Positions 1 to 11,353 of a stretch of 64,000 bases of DNA are shown one piece after another. The position numbers were made by a program, and so were the translations under genes. Origin of the DNA: Eukaryota sp. TZLM1-RC (lineage: Eukaryota; Protista; Metamonada: BaSk clade); assembly GCA_040285825.1 (NCBI GenBank), contig JAUPSS010000008.1:682001-746000 (forward strand), read 5' to 3'. Each line of letters starts with the position of its first letter. Positions within the stretch are counted from its first letter, which is position 1. Below the pieces are notes generated by a model that saw only the letters and a list, made by a program, of their open reading frames with translations, did not search any database and had not been told where the DNA came from.

Positions 1-114
1 AATTGTAACTAAAAGTGCTAATACTCACCACATAACTAATAGTTCCAAAATAAAATATTATCGATTCATCTTTTATTATAGTGTTCGTTCAAGTGTTTGT
101 AAAAAGTATAGTGT

Positions 115-175
115 TGGTGAAAGAAGTGGTGTGGTGAAAGAAGTGGTGTGGTGAAAGAAGTGGTGTGGTGAAAGA
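115..175. repeat. 17-bp tandem repeat (TGGTGAAAGAAGTGGTG) x ~3.6
   Basis: Read directly: units at 115-131, 132-148, 149-165 and a partial unit at 166-175. Confidence 0.9.
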
Positions 176-744
176 GGATTTTATAATTATGTGGACAAAA
201 CGAAAGCCACTAATGAATTTCTATCAAAACGCACTTCTGGCTTTTGACCAATTCATGCAATTTTGATAGACGTTAAGCATACTTTAGTTCCATCACTATA
301 TGATATCTACTGAATTTTTCCAAAGATACAACTCTAAAAAGGTCTGTTTTCGAATGCAGAATTGAAGGTGATAAAAAAACAAAAAAAACATCATCCAACC
401 ACCTCCCAGTAGCAAAAAGGTCCAAGACTGTGTGACGAATTATCTCGTTCAAGGCAGTTGCCATTTGTCGTTTTTTCCTGGACAATATCGATCTCTATTA
501 CAGCAACATTGCTGATTTTACATACTGCACTTTCAAGAATGTTTTCTTAGAACATTGTTAACCTTACATTAATCGATGAATAATCCTTACATATATTTTG
601 AAGTATTTGATATCCAGTGCGAGAATTTGTTCTAAGTTCAAACATCTACAAATCCCGTTTGGGTTTTATGCTGTTGTGAATGTGTTATTTGAAGTAATTA
701 AATGCCAGATTAATATAAAACTTACTTGCATTGTATCTTTATCA

Positions 745-1611
745 ATGCACAATGAAGAGAACTTCTCTTCATTCGCATGTGCATTAGAGTTCATAATTAG
801 TCATACTTACTTCTTTCCAGAGCCCAATTACCTCAACTGTATTCAAAATGATGTCAATTTTACTGAATCAGTTCGAAGAACAATAATACATGCACTTCTA
901 GAACTTGGTAATGCTTATGAATTTCCTCCTTCTACTTGTGTGCTTGCTATCACTTACCTGGAACGATTTTTGTCTTGTGAACCAGTTCAGCTCGCCAATT
1001 TACAGCTATTTGCTTCAGCTTGCTTCCTTATCGCCGCTAAAGTCGACGAGGCAACATGTGGATATAAATGTCGCCTAGAAGACCTGGCTCAATTAGCCGG
1101 TAATTCTTTTGAACCTTTACAACTAATAGAGGCTGAAAGAATCATTCTCAATGCACTGGACCATCGTCTGCTCAATGTGTCTCTCATTACTTTGGTTGAT
1201 GTCTTATTAGGGTCAATTGCTTCGACAAGCACTATTCTAGAATTTAAGTTATCTATCACAGACCATCAAGAATTACTTTTATCAAACCTATGCTATTTTC
1301 TTATTGAGTTGAGTATTTCTGAGTACAACATCCTTGCCTGGCATCCCTGTTCTGTTTGCATTTCTTGTATTTACGTATCTTGTAGAATATTAGAAATGGA
1401 AGAAGTTGAGTTTATAATTAAAGATTGTTTTGACTATTTAATGGCATTTATTGATGTTGACTTTAATCCTGATGTTTTGCTATTGAATGGGCATGTTTAT
1501 AATCTGTTCTTGCGAAGTAAAAGCAAAGGAATGGTTCCAAATTTTTTAAAAGATCCAGTGCCGGGAACGGTCCACGAAAAAGATACACAAAAGGGATGCA
1601 GACTCATGTAG
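745..1611 (+). CDS. Cyclin (cyclin-box protein)
   Basis: Cyclin box RRTIIHALLEL...AITYLERFLS...LQLFASACFLIAAKVDE...AERIILNALDHRL. First in-frame ATG is at 745; the ORF track start at 598 is TTG. Confidence 0.85.
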   Translation: MHNEENFSSFACALEFIISHTYFFPEPNYLNCIQNDVNFTESVRRTIIHALLELGNAYEFPPSTCVLAITYLERFLSCEPVQLANLQLFASACFLIAAKVDEATCGYKCRLEDLAQLAGNSFEPLQLIEAERIILNALDHRLLNVSLITLVDVLLGSIASTSTILEFKLSITDHQELLLSNLCYFLIELSISEYNILAWHPCSVCISCIYVSCRILEMEEVEFIIKDCFDYLMAFIDVDFNPDVLLLNGHVYNLFLRSKSKGMVPNFLKDPVPGTVHEKDTQKGCRLM

Positions 1612-1682
1612 TTGCAATGTATATTATTATTTTTAGTTTACCTAATTTATTTATTATTAATAATGTTTGGACTGTACTCTTC

Positions 1683-2090
1683 TTAATTGCTGTTGAGACG
1701 TTTATTTTGCATTAAAACTTTATCAAACTTTTTTTTCTTGTTATCGCTTTTTCCAATAGTGATGTTCAAACGACGGTTGTCACTCACATATCTTATCTTA
1801 TCATATGAGTTACCAATATGTGTTTTGAATTGAAGAGGATCAACAGGATTAAGTTTTGTTCTATGAGCCAAAGTGTCATTTGCAACATGTCAGTAGACAA
1901 AGTCAACAACAACTTTAGAGTTCTTAATTTAATATGATAATTTTTGATAATAATTGAGCATCACCTCTGTCCTCAAAACCACAAAAATTGAATGACGGTG
2001 GTTGTTTTAGCAAAAACTCTTTGACACCAGAAATTCTTGTACTTCTTACCTCACTGAAAACAGTGTCTGCAAACACTCAATGTAAAGCAA
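1683..2090 (-). mobile_element. Decayed 3' (REL endonuclease) fragment of a non-LTR retrotransposon
   Basis: HRTKLNPVDPLQFK...YDK resembles HRRKLNPVSALDFKAKEKHRKYDK of the subfamily C copies at 30000-31000 and 54200-55000. Confidence 0.65.
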
Positions 2091-2559
2091 AAAGATAAAT
2101 GCTCAAAATAGAAAAATTGAGAGCAAAACACGAGATGAGTTTTGCACCTTGGAATATCGACATTTGAAATTACATTTGAGGTCGCTTGCTCATCCAGATC
2201 AAAGAGATCGAGATTTGATACTCTATGAAAGTGCTGAGTGAATAGTAACGAATAGATTGATAAGAAGATTCATGGAAATTCTTGGTTCTCGGTGATTTGG
2301 TTATGAGGATCCCTAATGTTTTACATTTTGTCGACAATTATATAATTGATGTTCTATTTTTGACATTCCCTGGTTGTAACGAATTGGAGCAACATATTTT
2401 TAATTATAATTGATTAATCCCACTGTTTCAGAAGATACCGAGAACAGAACATTGCTTAGCAACATTTTTACAAACATCTGAATTAATTCAAGGCAAAACT
2501 GTCAATGATTTTTCTACCACTTTTATGGTAAAGAATCAGATTTAATATTTAATTCATTT

Positions 2560-3070
2560 GCTTTAAAATCATTTTCTGGTGTAAAACAAGGTGATCCTTT
2601 AGGCCCTCTATTGTTTTGTTTAGCTACTCACAAAATTTTAGATGTCATTAAGCAAAAATACCCTAATTTAAAAATAGTGGCTTATATGGATGAAATATCC
2701 CTGATTGGTTTATTTGATTTACGTATTGGTTGTTCAAGAAATGTCCAATTCATATGAAAATATTGGGCTTCATCTTAATGCGAGCAAATGTCTTCTGATT
2801 GGTTCTTCTCCTCGGGATCTTGTGATAAATGCTTCTGTTGTCCCTTTTACTAACTACACCAGGGATACTGTTAGATTTCTTGTTTGCTGGTTCGGAAATG
2901 TGCCTCAAAATAAGAATGAATTACAAACAATTTTGGAAAAATGAAAAATGCACTTGATTCAATTTCTTCCTTAGACAGAAAAACATATTAAATTTTTTAT
3001 GCTCAAAATTTGCTATACTGGGAGAATAGCCCACATTTTGAGAACCTCTGCTCCTGACATAATGTAAAAA
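2560..3070 (+). mobile_element. Decayed reverse-transcriptase fragment of a non-LTR retrotransposon
   Basis: GVKQGDPLGPLLFCL at ~2578-2622 and AYMDEI (YxDD variant) at ~2680-2697; frameshifted. Confidence 0.8.
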
Positions 3071-3735
3071 CAATACACAGTCGTTTAGATATTTATAAAC
3101 AGAGACTCTGAATAAAAAAAATTGCTGTCGATATTCGGTAGAGACTTTGACAAGTTTTTCTTCTGTAGTTTTAGTAAAAGGGTTATTAGCACCCCTACTG
3201 AAAACCCTTAACACACCCCTTATCAGATAAGCTGACAATCGAATCAACCATAACCCCCATAAATGAATTGGTAATTAAACAACCAAAATATCAAACGTTC
3301 AAAATACATTAGTTGTAAAAATATAGTTTCCTGTTGTCAACAAGCAGTCAACCACCAACTACTGCCATCTCCGAAATGTTCATAATGACGTTGGAATTGA
3401 TAAAATTAAAGGAAAACAATCGCATAAACGTATTAATGAAATGAATAATAGATTTGAAAGAAACCAAACCAGATAATTCACCGGTGGTCAACTTATTCAA
3501 AGTACTGTAAGTTATCAAAAATTCCTATTAGGTTATTTGGAGTAGAGCAGTTTCAAATGATGTGGACAACTCAAAATACAAGCCTACCCCAGTAAAAAAC
3601 AGAATTGCTAATGTCAAACAAATTCTGAGGTGTTGAATTACTTATATTGCAGTTTTCTAAACAAAAAACAGGATCATTAGAAACTAGCAAACTATTACTG
3701 GTAGATAAACGATCTACATCAACATAAAACAATAT

Positions 3736-3993
3736 TCAATTTTGAACTAATGGCTTAAAAACGGTACCATTTAGTTTAGAAAGATTGCAATTGATGAATC
3801 CAAGGTTGGAAATGTTCAATTCAACATGACCAGAAGCTTGTGAACCTAATACATCAACATTGGTAAAGGTAACATCTGCATTGTTAATACCAACAAGAGT
3901 CTGGGACAAATGGCCAATAAGTGAGGCATTAGCCAAAGTAACCTCTGAATTATCAACAGTGAATAAAAAGAAAGTAAATGAACAAGTCACCAT
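3736..3993 (-). other. Short ORF, possibly a remnant of a secreted/surface beta-helix-like protein
   Basis: Hydrophobic N-terminus and beta-strand-like N/S/T/V-rich periodicity; no family recognised. Confidence 0.2.
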
Positions 3994-4169
3994 GGGGGTG
4001 GTGGATAGATGGTGTAAAAACCCCTAAACGGTCAGTAGCAAATAATGAGAAACCGTAAAAGAATGTATCGAATCGGGAGACGAAGTATTGGTAAAAATGG
4101 TAGGAAAAACAATTTAATTTTTTTTGACACGATTATTTGTTTTGAAACGCAAACAAAACAACTAAGCAA

Positions 4170-4830
4170 AAAATTAGAACTCAATATCCTCTATACAGGC
4201 ATCAACATCATTAAACCTCTTCAGTTCGTGGTTCTCCTACTCTATTCCTAATTGTAACAGTGCTTTGGTTATCATTTCGGGAATTGCTTTAAGTATACCA
4301 AAAACAATTCTCTTGTGCCAGAAAATAAAGTTCAACTCTTTTCCTGCTCTTTCCTTTATTAAACATCTGAAACCTTCAAGAAATTTAATACCAGATATAC
4401 CAATGTTACCAAGGGCTCCTTGTACTTTTTATTTTGCTCTTGTCAGCAACGCAAAAGTGGAGTTTCATCTTGTTTAGCAAAATCAATTGCTGATTCTTTA
4501 CAAACATCAACAGTGACAACATCAACAACTTTGGTCACACCATCAGACCCAGGAGTAATTAAATCAGCACGGCGTTTTCCGCAAGTATTATTATTTTCCT
4601 TTTCAGGTGACAATTTACGCACAAGTGCTTCAACAAAAGCTTGAATATGGTGGCTTTTGCACATGGCATACAGTTGGTCTCTAACAGCTTCATGAACAAC
4701 TGAGCGATATGTAGTATTAAATTTGCAATTGCCAGGCTAAGACGAACAGTAAAATCCAAGTTTTCAAAAACTTTTAATATCTTTTTCTGCAATTTGGCGT
4801 ATGCAAATCTTAAGGAAACCAAAGTTCTGA
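4170..4830 (-). mobile_element. Non-LTR retrotransposon 3' fragment, subfamily B
   Basis: MCKSHHIQAFVE..GKRRADLITPGSDG..VVDVVTVD, near-identical to 40604-41511. Confidence 0.85.
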
Positions 4831-4891
4831 AAAACAAATGTGGAAGGTTTCAAAAAGTTGGGCAACATATTTTTTTGTATTATTAATTTTA

Positions 4892-7051
4892 GAGACTGAC
4901 TAAATCCAAAACTAGTTACAAAATTGACTAGTTACAAAATCAATCTCGCTGCACTGTTTCCACGTCTGTTTGCCAACACATGACGTCACATCCCTCACTG
5001 TTAGAAACAATCCCTGCACCCCTACTCTCCTCCACCTGTCGTGATTCCCTTATCAATGCTATCAAGGCATGGGGTTTCCGAGAAGGCTTCGTCCTCTACA
5101 TCTCTGCCTCTACCAGTGATATCTTCACTTACCTCCATTGTACCCAAGGTCAGTTTTCTAGTGAAGTTCATTCGGTCCGTGATGAAATCTCTGCAGAAAC
5201 TCATGATTTTGTAGACTATTCTAAGTCAACAAAGCCAGATTGTACGTTCAGAGTTTATTTATCAATGGAGAACAGCATTTGGAAGGTCAAAAGTAGTGAC
5301 AGAACACATAACCATCCGAAACTCCCTAACCTATCAGGATATTCTGGATATTGGCTCTGGGGGGCCCAACAACATATGGAGGAATTACACTGATATTTTG
5401 TAATCCCGAGCAACAGAATGTTGAGGAAGAATCACAAGAGCAGTCAGAATATGATGTGGTGTTGAATGAACTGCATGTGCTTTCAGAAACCAGCAAGGTG
5501 ATGATTCTCCCAAAGTTGAAAGAACTTCTAGATATTGGCTTGAAAGGTCCACAACCACCTGTTGTTGCAACAAAGCGTACAAGAGATAGACCACCAGGAT
5601 CGAAGAATAAGCAAATTAGACAAAGGAGAGACCAATCGTTGTTTGAGCATGTAGAAGACAGTCATCAGTAGTTAGGGTTGGGCACTGGGTTAACTTAGTC
5701 CGTTAACGTTCAACCAAACTAAGTTTTAGTGCACTAAAGACTGAAATTTCCTTAGTCTAGTTTTAGTTTCTGGTCTAAAATCTATTTATCCGTTGATGAA
5801 AAAAGTTATTGAATTTGTCAACAAAGCCAGATCATCATCAAATAACACAAATGTTCCACGAACTTCAAATGGGAAATTGGGAAGAAGAAAAATCTCTCAT
5901 CAACGATGTATCCACCAGGTGGAATTCTACTTATCTAATGATAAAAGTATATAAGGAACAAATCCGGCATGTGACGAACATTCTGGTTGAGAACAATAGA
6001 TTTAACTTAATTATACAACGAGAACGAGCTAGTTGTCCTGGACGATATTATCGGTCTCTTGAAGCTGTTTTATGACGCGACTGTCACTTTATCTGAGCAG
6101 AACAATCCGACTATTGCCCTGGTCTAAACCATTTTAGACCACTTAAATACACATTTGCTGAACTTTTATTCATCAAACTCCGCTGAATGGCTTGTCACAG
6201 CTGTGAACAGTATGTGTGACAAGTTTCAAAGTTATATTGTTTTGTTGTATGACTTCTCAGCTTATGCAGGCACAGTACTGGACCCACGTTTTAAAAGACC
6301 AGATGCGTCTTCGTTACTTCATAGAAGTGAGTTTGAAGTGCAGTTGAAATCGCTAGTGTCTCAAAAGCAGCAACAGGAGAATCAACAATCAAGAAATGTA
6401 TCTCAAAAGGTCTCTTTTCTTCAAAAGTTGCAACTCGAGAAAGGTATGAAATGTAGTGATGAACTGGAGAGGTACCTGAACGAAGGTCCCATCGATTGGT
6501 GTGAAAATCCAATTTTGTGGTGGAAAACCAATGAAAGTAGATTCCCTTCAGTAGCTTCCGCTGCAAAAGACCTTTTTGCTATACAGCCCACATCAGTACT
6601 TTGTGAACGAATGTTCTCGATTGCAGGAGATGTTGTTTCTGCCAAACGAAACAGATTGTCTGATGACATGGTTAGAAATCAATTGTGCCTAAAATCATGG
6701 TTGGAAAATGATTTTGATTTGAATATGGAATAATTATTTATTTGTCAGTATTTCTAATAGTAGTTTTTTTAATAAATTGTTTTTTGTTTTTTCATATTAG
6801 TCTTAGTTTAGTCCAAGTTAGTCCGAGCTTAGTTGAGCGTTAGTACACTAACATCAAGATTAGTTCAGCCTTAGTGCGACTAAGATGTGTATAATGTAGT
6901 TTTAGTGCAACTAAAGTACTTTGAAGTTTAGTGTTAGTACGTTAACTTTTGCCCAACCCTATCAGTAGTCAACAGTAAAATGCTGTTTATAAGAAGAGAA
7001 TGATTTTGTATCTAGTCAATTTTGTAACTAGTTTTGGATTGAGTCAGTCTC
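4892..7051 (+). mobile_element. Internally deleted Mutator-like (MULE) DNA transposon
   Basis: ~51-bp TIRs (GAGACTGACTAAATCCAAAACTAGTTACAAAATTGACTAG.. at 4892, inverse ending at 7051); 8-bp TSD TAATTTTA (4884-4891, 7052-7059); FAR1-like C..R...W.V...HNHP ORF at 4980-5393 and C-terminal RPPGSKNK..RRDQSLFEHVE ORF; DDE core missing. Confidence 0.88.
5673..6961 (+). mobile_element. Internally deleted hAT DNA transposon nested in the MULE
   Basis: 12-bp TIRs TAGGGTTGGGCA / TGCCCAACCCTA; 8-bp TSD TCAGTAGT (5665-5672, 6962-6969); DVSTRWNSTYLM, LDPRFK and hAT dimerisation domain WWK..RFP...QPTSVLCERMFS. Confidence 0.95.
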
Positions 7052-8047
7052 TAATTTTATTAAAAACCTATAAATCAACATCTAAATAATCCATCTCTCC
7101 CAAAACAAAAACACTTGATACAACTCTCTCATAGTGAGATCCAAGAGAAAGCAAAGCATCAGAAACCGTCTTCAACATCCCCTCAAAAATAGAAAAAACA
7201 ATTCTATTTTGCCAAAACAATCTGTTGAAATTTCTGTTAGTTCTCCTCTTTACAATCATTTCAAAATCTACCAAAAAACGTATAGCCGTTGGAGCAGGTG
7301 CATCAAATAGAGAAAATACAAATGGAAACAAATTATATTTTGCATACTGTTGGCTGAACAATTTGGACAAAGGTTCATTGTATTTTTTGATTTTGAAATT
7401 TTCAGCATTTGCAAGCCTTTCATTTGAGACATTACAAGGATCAATAGACATTACATCCAATAAATTTTGTTGGATGGTTCCATCTAATCCAGGCAATATG
7501 ACATCACCTCTATTATTCTTATGAAAATCATCTTCAAAATCAAACAGTGTTGACAACAGAGTTTCCAAAAAGGATTCAATTGTATGAGACTTACACATAC
7601 AATATAATTAGTCTCTTACAACATTGTGAACCTTGCTTCTAAAAGTAATAAAATGTTTACAATTTAACAAATGAGTAAGTGTAATGTTCTGAGAACATTT
7701 ACAAATTAAATTACGAGGCAAATTATCAGGCCAGATAGAAGAGCAAAGTCCCATATTCAAAGTCCAGGCAGAATCAGTTACGAGAGTGCCATAAACTTGA
7801 GGAATGGTTGCTACTAAAGCAGAAGATGTACTATTGCACATATCTTGGTAAAAGATTTGCAAAAGCGGGATTCTTTTTCTTGGCCAAGCCAAGTCTAACA
7901 TCAAAATCAAAGCTTTCAAAAATTTTTGACAATTTTTGTAGGAAGCTTAATAGCAAAACTGCAAATTAAAGAGAGATCGATTTGGAATTTCTTGAATTGA
8001 TGGGGGAAACATTTGGTCCAAATTTGTGGTGGCAACATATTTCGACA

Positions 8048-9703
8048 ATGTCTTCTATACTTTTGTGCCATGGTTATCTCCTTGAAGGGTCTGGTAGTAA
8101 TCTCTGGACCAGATGTGTACTCAACTCTTTGGCAAAAAGCGGACGTGATGCACACATTTATTGTCAAGAACCACATCCCGAACTTTATGACTTCATCTCT
8201 GAAGCGTACATCTATGAAAATGGGGTCAAAAGATGTATCCTAAAACGTCCTTCTCTACACAATGGTCGAGTTGTTATGCACAAGGTAAAGTTGAGTCACC
8301 TTCCAGTATATGTTCAAGACTCTTATGAAGAGTTTCCTGCTGAGAACGTCCAACCTATCCCACAATGCAGTGATGACCAGCTTTCTAGTTACATTACCAC
8401 AAATGAACAAGTACTTTCCACAATTATTGCTGAAGTTCGTCCAACTTTTGTCATTGTCAACCATGTTGTTTTGCTCTCCGAGGCTGTGCGTAGAGCATGT
8501 GCCAGTTCACAAGTTGACTTTGCACTAATGCCCCATGGTTCTAGCTTGGAGTATGCTGTGAAGAAGGACTCACGAATGATGAAGATCTCCCATAATGTCA
8601 TGAACCAAGCCAAAGTGGTGTTGACCATTTCTGATGAGATTCAGGAACGTCTTTCTTCAGTATTTGGCAATAATTATACCAACAAGTTTGTTGGATTGCC
8701 ATTAGGAGTCGATGTTGCATCCTTCACCACTGTTCCTCTCTCTCAACGCTTCCAAGGTTATGCTCGGCTGAAGGATTCATTACAGCGATGGATTTCTGAT
8801 GAGTCTATTGTTGGTCGATCTTTGAACCAGAATATTAGAGTTGAACGTTCTCTTTCAGAAAAACTTGATTTAAAAAAGCTTCAACAACTTTGTTCTGAGT
8901 CCTGGTATCCTCGCAAAGGTCCCGATTCAGATGCCGTGGAAAAGCTAGATAGAATCAAATGGGATACTGACCAAGTCTTGCTGTTTGTGGGACGTTTGCT
9001 GAGTGGGAAAGGAATTGCCTGCCTACTTGCTGCTCTTCCCTTATTATGCCAGAAGATGGAACTACTTGATCCCTCTTCATCCACCCATCTGGTAGTTGTA
9101 GGACATGGTCCTTTCAGAGAAATTGCTGAGGCCTTACTATTTGCGTTGAAGACTCGTAATGAATCGTTGTTGGACAGTCTGGTCAAGCAAATTGCTTTCT
9201 TGGAAGGTGACAGTACTGATGAACCACTACCTGAGTTGGATTCTTTTTTCTTTGAACTCCGTAAAAACGAACAACTGGATGATTACTTTAATCAAGTTGA
9301 AAAGTTTGCCGACAATATCATCTTCCTGGGATATCTTACACACTCCTATTTGAGTCTACTCTACCCTCTCGTCAATTATTGTGTCTTTCCTTCTATAGTC
9401 AAGGAAGCAGGACCATTAGTGGCCCTTGAAGCAGTATCATGTGGAGTTTTGTTCCAAGGTGTCTATTATGCAGGCATGAAATCTACTATTGACCGTTTAT
9501 CCAATGTTTTGAATAGTGATGTTATTAATGCAATGAAGTTGTCCACTAATCGTACCCAAATTATTAATGACATTGTGGACAAATTTCCAATCCTCTTAAA
9601 AGAATCCACAAATGATCAGCTACGTTCAGTTCTTCGTCAGTTTGCAGAAGATAGACTTGATTGGAGTCATTGTGTTGGAATAATTTTGGAACAAATGCAA
9701 TAA
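8048..9703 (+). CDS. Glycosyltransferase family 4 (GT-B), bacterial-type
   Basis: HGYLLEGSGSN N-terminal motif, FVGRL, and PS..EAGPLVALEA (E-X7-E). The ORF-track extension 7982-8047 is retrotransposon/TSD sequence, so the true start is ATG 8048. Confidence 0.88.
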   Translation: MSSILLCHGYLLEGSGSNLWTRCVLNSLAKSGRDAHIYCQEPHPELYDFISEAYIYENGVKRCILKRPSLHNGRVVMHKVKLSHLPVYVQDSYEEFPAENVQPIPQCSDDQLSSYITTNEQVLSTIIAEVRPTFVIVNHVVLLSEAVRRACASSQVDFALMPHGSSLEYAVKKDSRMMKISHNVMNQAKVVLTISDEIQERLSSVFGNNYTNKFVGLPLGVDVASFTTVPLSQRFQGYARLKDSLQRWISDESIVGRSLNQNIRVERSLSEKLDLKKLQQLCSESWYPRKGPDSDAVEKLDRIKWDTDQVLLFVGRLLSGKGIACLLAALPLLCQKMELLDPSSSTHLVVVGHGPFREIAEALLFALKTRNESLLDSLVKQIAFLEGDSTDEPLPELDSFFFELRKNEQLDDYFNQVEKFADNIIFLGYLTHSYLSLLYPLVNYCVFPSIVKEAGPLVALEAVSCGVLFQGVYYAGMKSTIDRLSNVLNSDVINAMKLSTNRTQIINDIVDKFPILLKESTNDQLRSVLRQFAEDRLDWSHCVGIILEQMQ

Positions 9704-9914
9704 GTTTATATTAGCTTTGTGACTAAACAATCTTGTACATGATATTTTTTGCCCAATTCCAATACCAATTCCTCTTTCAGAGCTGTTTGAAACTTTCTAC
9801 TTAAAAAGCAATCTGGAAGCAATTAGTCAAACAACAGAGACAAGACATGTAAAAATGAAAAGAAAACATAAAATTGGATGATGGAGATCTATATTTACAC
9901 ACACAAAACAAACA

Positions 9915-10790
9915 CTAATTCTTGAAAAAATCATGACTAAGGGCCTCAGTAGCAGTAATTCTTTGAGATGGATCATAATGAAGCATGCTCTTCAGAAGAT
10001 CAAGTCCTTTGTCATCCAATCTGGGGCAAATTTCGTGAAACGGACGTCCAACACGGACAGGCCATTCATTTGAGTACTTTGGAAGGTTCGTAACTCCTGG
10101 CCATAGATCAGGAGTTGGGGTGCCAAGAGTCTCAAAAATGAGGTTTAATTGAGAGTCTACAGACTTACCTGGGAAGAGGGCATTTCCATTGACGAGTTCC
10201 GCAAAGATACATCCAATAGAGAACATGTCTATGGAAGGGCCATATCGGAGGGCTCCACATAAAAGCTCAGGAGACCTATACCATAAAGTCACCACCTCGT
10301 GAGAATATGACTTGACAGGAATGCCATAGCTCCGAGCGAGTCCAAAATCAGCAATTTTGAGACAGAGCTGATCGTTTGTGTGGCAAATCAATAGATTTTG
10401 AGTTTTAAGATCACGATGAAGTATTTTGTTCAGGTGGACAGTCTCAATACCCTGCAATAGTTGCTTCATTAGTAGTTTGATAGTGTCTATATGAAGAACT
10501 CCATCATGTTGGTCAAGGAACTTACGTAAATCTGTATCAGCATATTCAAAGACAAGAAGCAACTTCCTATCACAATGGAGAACATCTTCTAGTCTAACAA
10601 TGTTGGGATGTCGAATGTCTTTCAAGAGGGATATTTCACGTATAGCCGAAGACGGTATACCTTCATCATCATTGGTTAGATTGATGACCTTGAGTGCGAC
10701 TGTTTTCTGATTTGTAACATCAAGGCACTTGTACACCTTACCATAAGTACCTTCACCAAGTTTTTCAAGGTGTTGAAAGCGTTCAGCCAT
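9915..10790 (-). CDS. Cyclin-dependent kinase (CDK1/2/5-like, PSSAIRE)
   Basis: GEGTYG, PSSAIRE, HRDLKTQN, DFGLAR, HEVVTLWYR; first ATG at 10790. Confidence 0.95.
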   Translation of the reverse strand: MAERFQHLEKLGEGTYGKVYKCLDVTNQKTVALKVINLTNDDEGIPSSAIREISLLKDIRHPNIVRLEDVLHCDRKLLLVFEYADTDLRKFLDQHDGVLHIDTIKLLMKQLLQGIETVHLNKILHRDLKTQNLLICHTNDQLCLKIADFGLARSYGIPVKSYSHEVVTLWYRSPELLCGALRYGPSIDMFSIGCIFAELVNGNALFPGKSVDSQLNLIFETLGTPTPDLWPGVTNLPKYSNEWPVRVGRPFHEICPRLDDKGLDLLKSMLHYDPSQRITATEALSHDFFKN

Positions 10791-11217
10791 ATAGTAGTAG
10801 TTGACTGATGTCAAGTAATAGTGGGAAAGGAAAAATAAATTTTATCTATTTTTGGACAAAAGTGACAAGCATTATAATATATTTACAATTACTCACCTGT
10901 TGAACTGTAAACAATTTATAACCTTTAGAAGCAAGGTTGATGATGATGTAAGAGAGCAATTATAATGTATATGAAAGTCTCATAGAAATGAAGCTTTTTC
11001 AAACCTCTGTTGTCAAATTTATTTGATGCTGAAAATGATTTTCTTAAGAATAATAGATATAATGTTATTCCACCTGGATTAGATGGAACCTTTATTTTAG
11101 TGAATGTGATATCTGTGGACCCTGCAATGTTTCTAATAAAAGATTAGCTAGTTCTGAAGTTCGAGTCTCCTTTCAAATGCTGAAAATCTCAAAATCAAAC
11201 AATAAGGTGAATGTTCG

Positions 11218-11353
11218 TGTTGTACTGTGGACAATTAGTCTAGTACATTTATATTTATATAACATAGTTCACTAGTGATGGCCTTTATAAGGGCCGGTGA
11301 AATTCTAATAAATTATTCCTTATTCTTTGTTATCATATATGGATAGAGCATCA
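11218..11353 (+). repeat. 5' LTR of the gypsy element
   Basis: 136 bp, identical to 18012-18147. Confidence 0.97.

Larger units (their letters stand above)
4873..8030 (-). mobile_element. 5'-truncated non-LTR retrotransposon, subfamily A (C-terminus GEMDYLDVDL), with a MULE and a hAT nested in its 3' UTR
   Basis: REL-domain ORFs 7068-7598 and 7608-7919 (CxC..H..C zinc knuckle, HNVVRD, RGD..LD); T-run at ~4873; direct repeat GGCAACATATTT at 4861-4872 and 8031-8042 (TSD). Confidence 0.85.

Noticed and set aside
115-175. Short direct repeats as a CRISPR array or telomere
   Set aside because: Head-to-tail 17-mers with no spacers; a minisatellite
7982-8047. N-terminal extension of the glycosyltransferase
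   Set aside because: TTG start inside antisense retrotransposon sequence and its TSD
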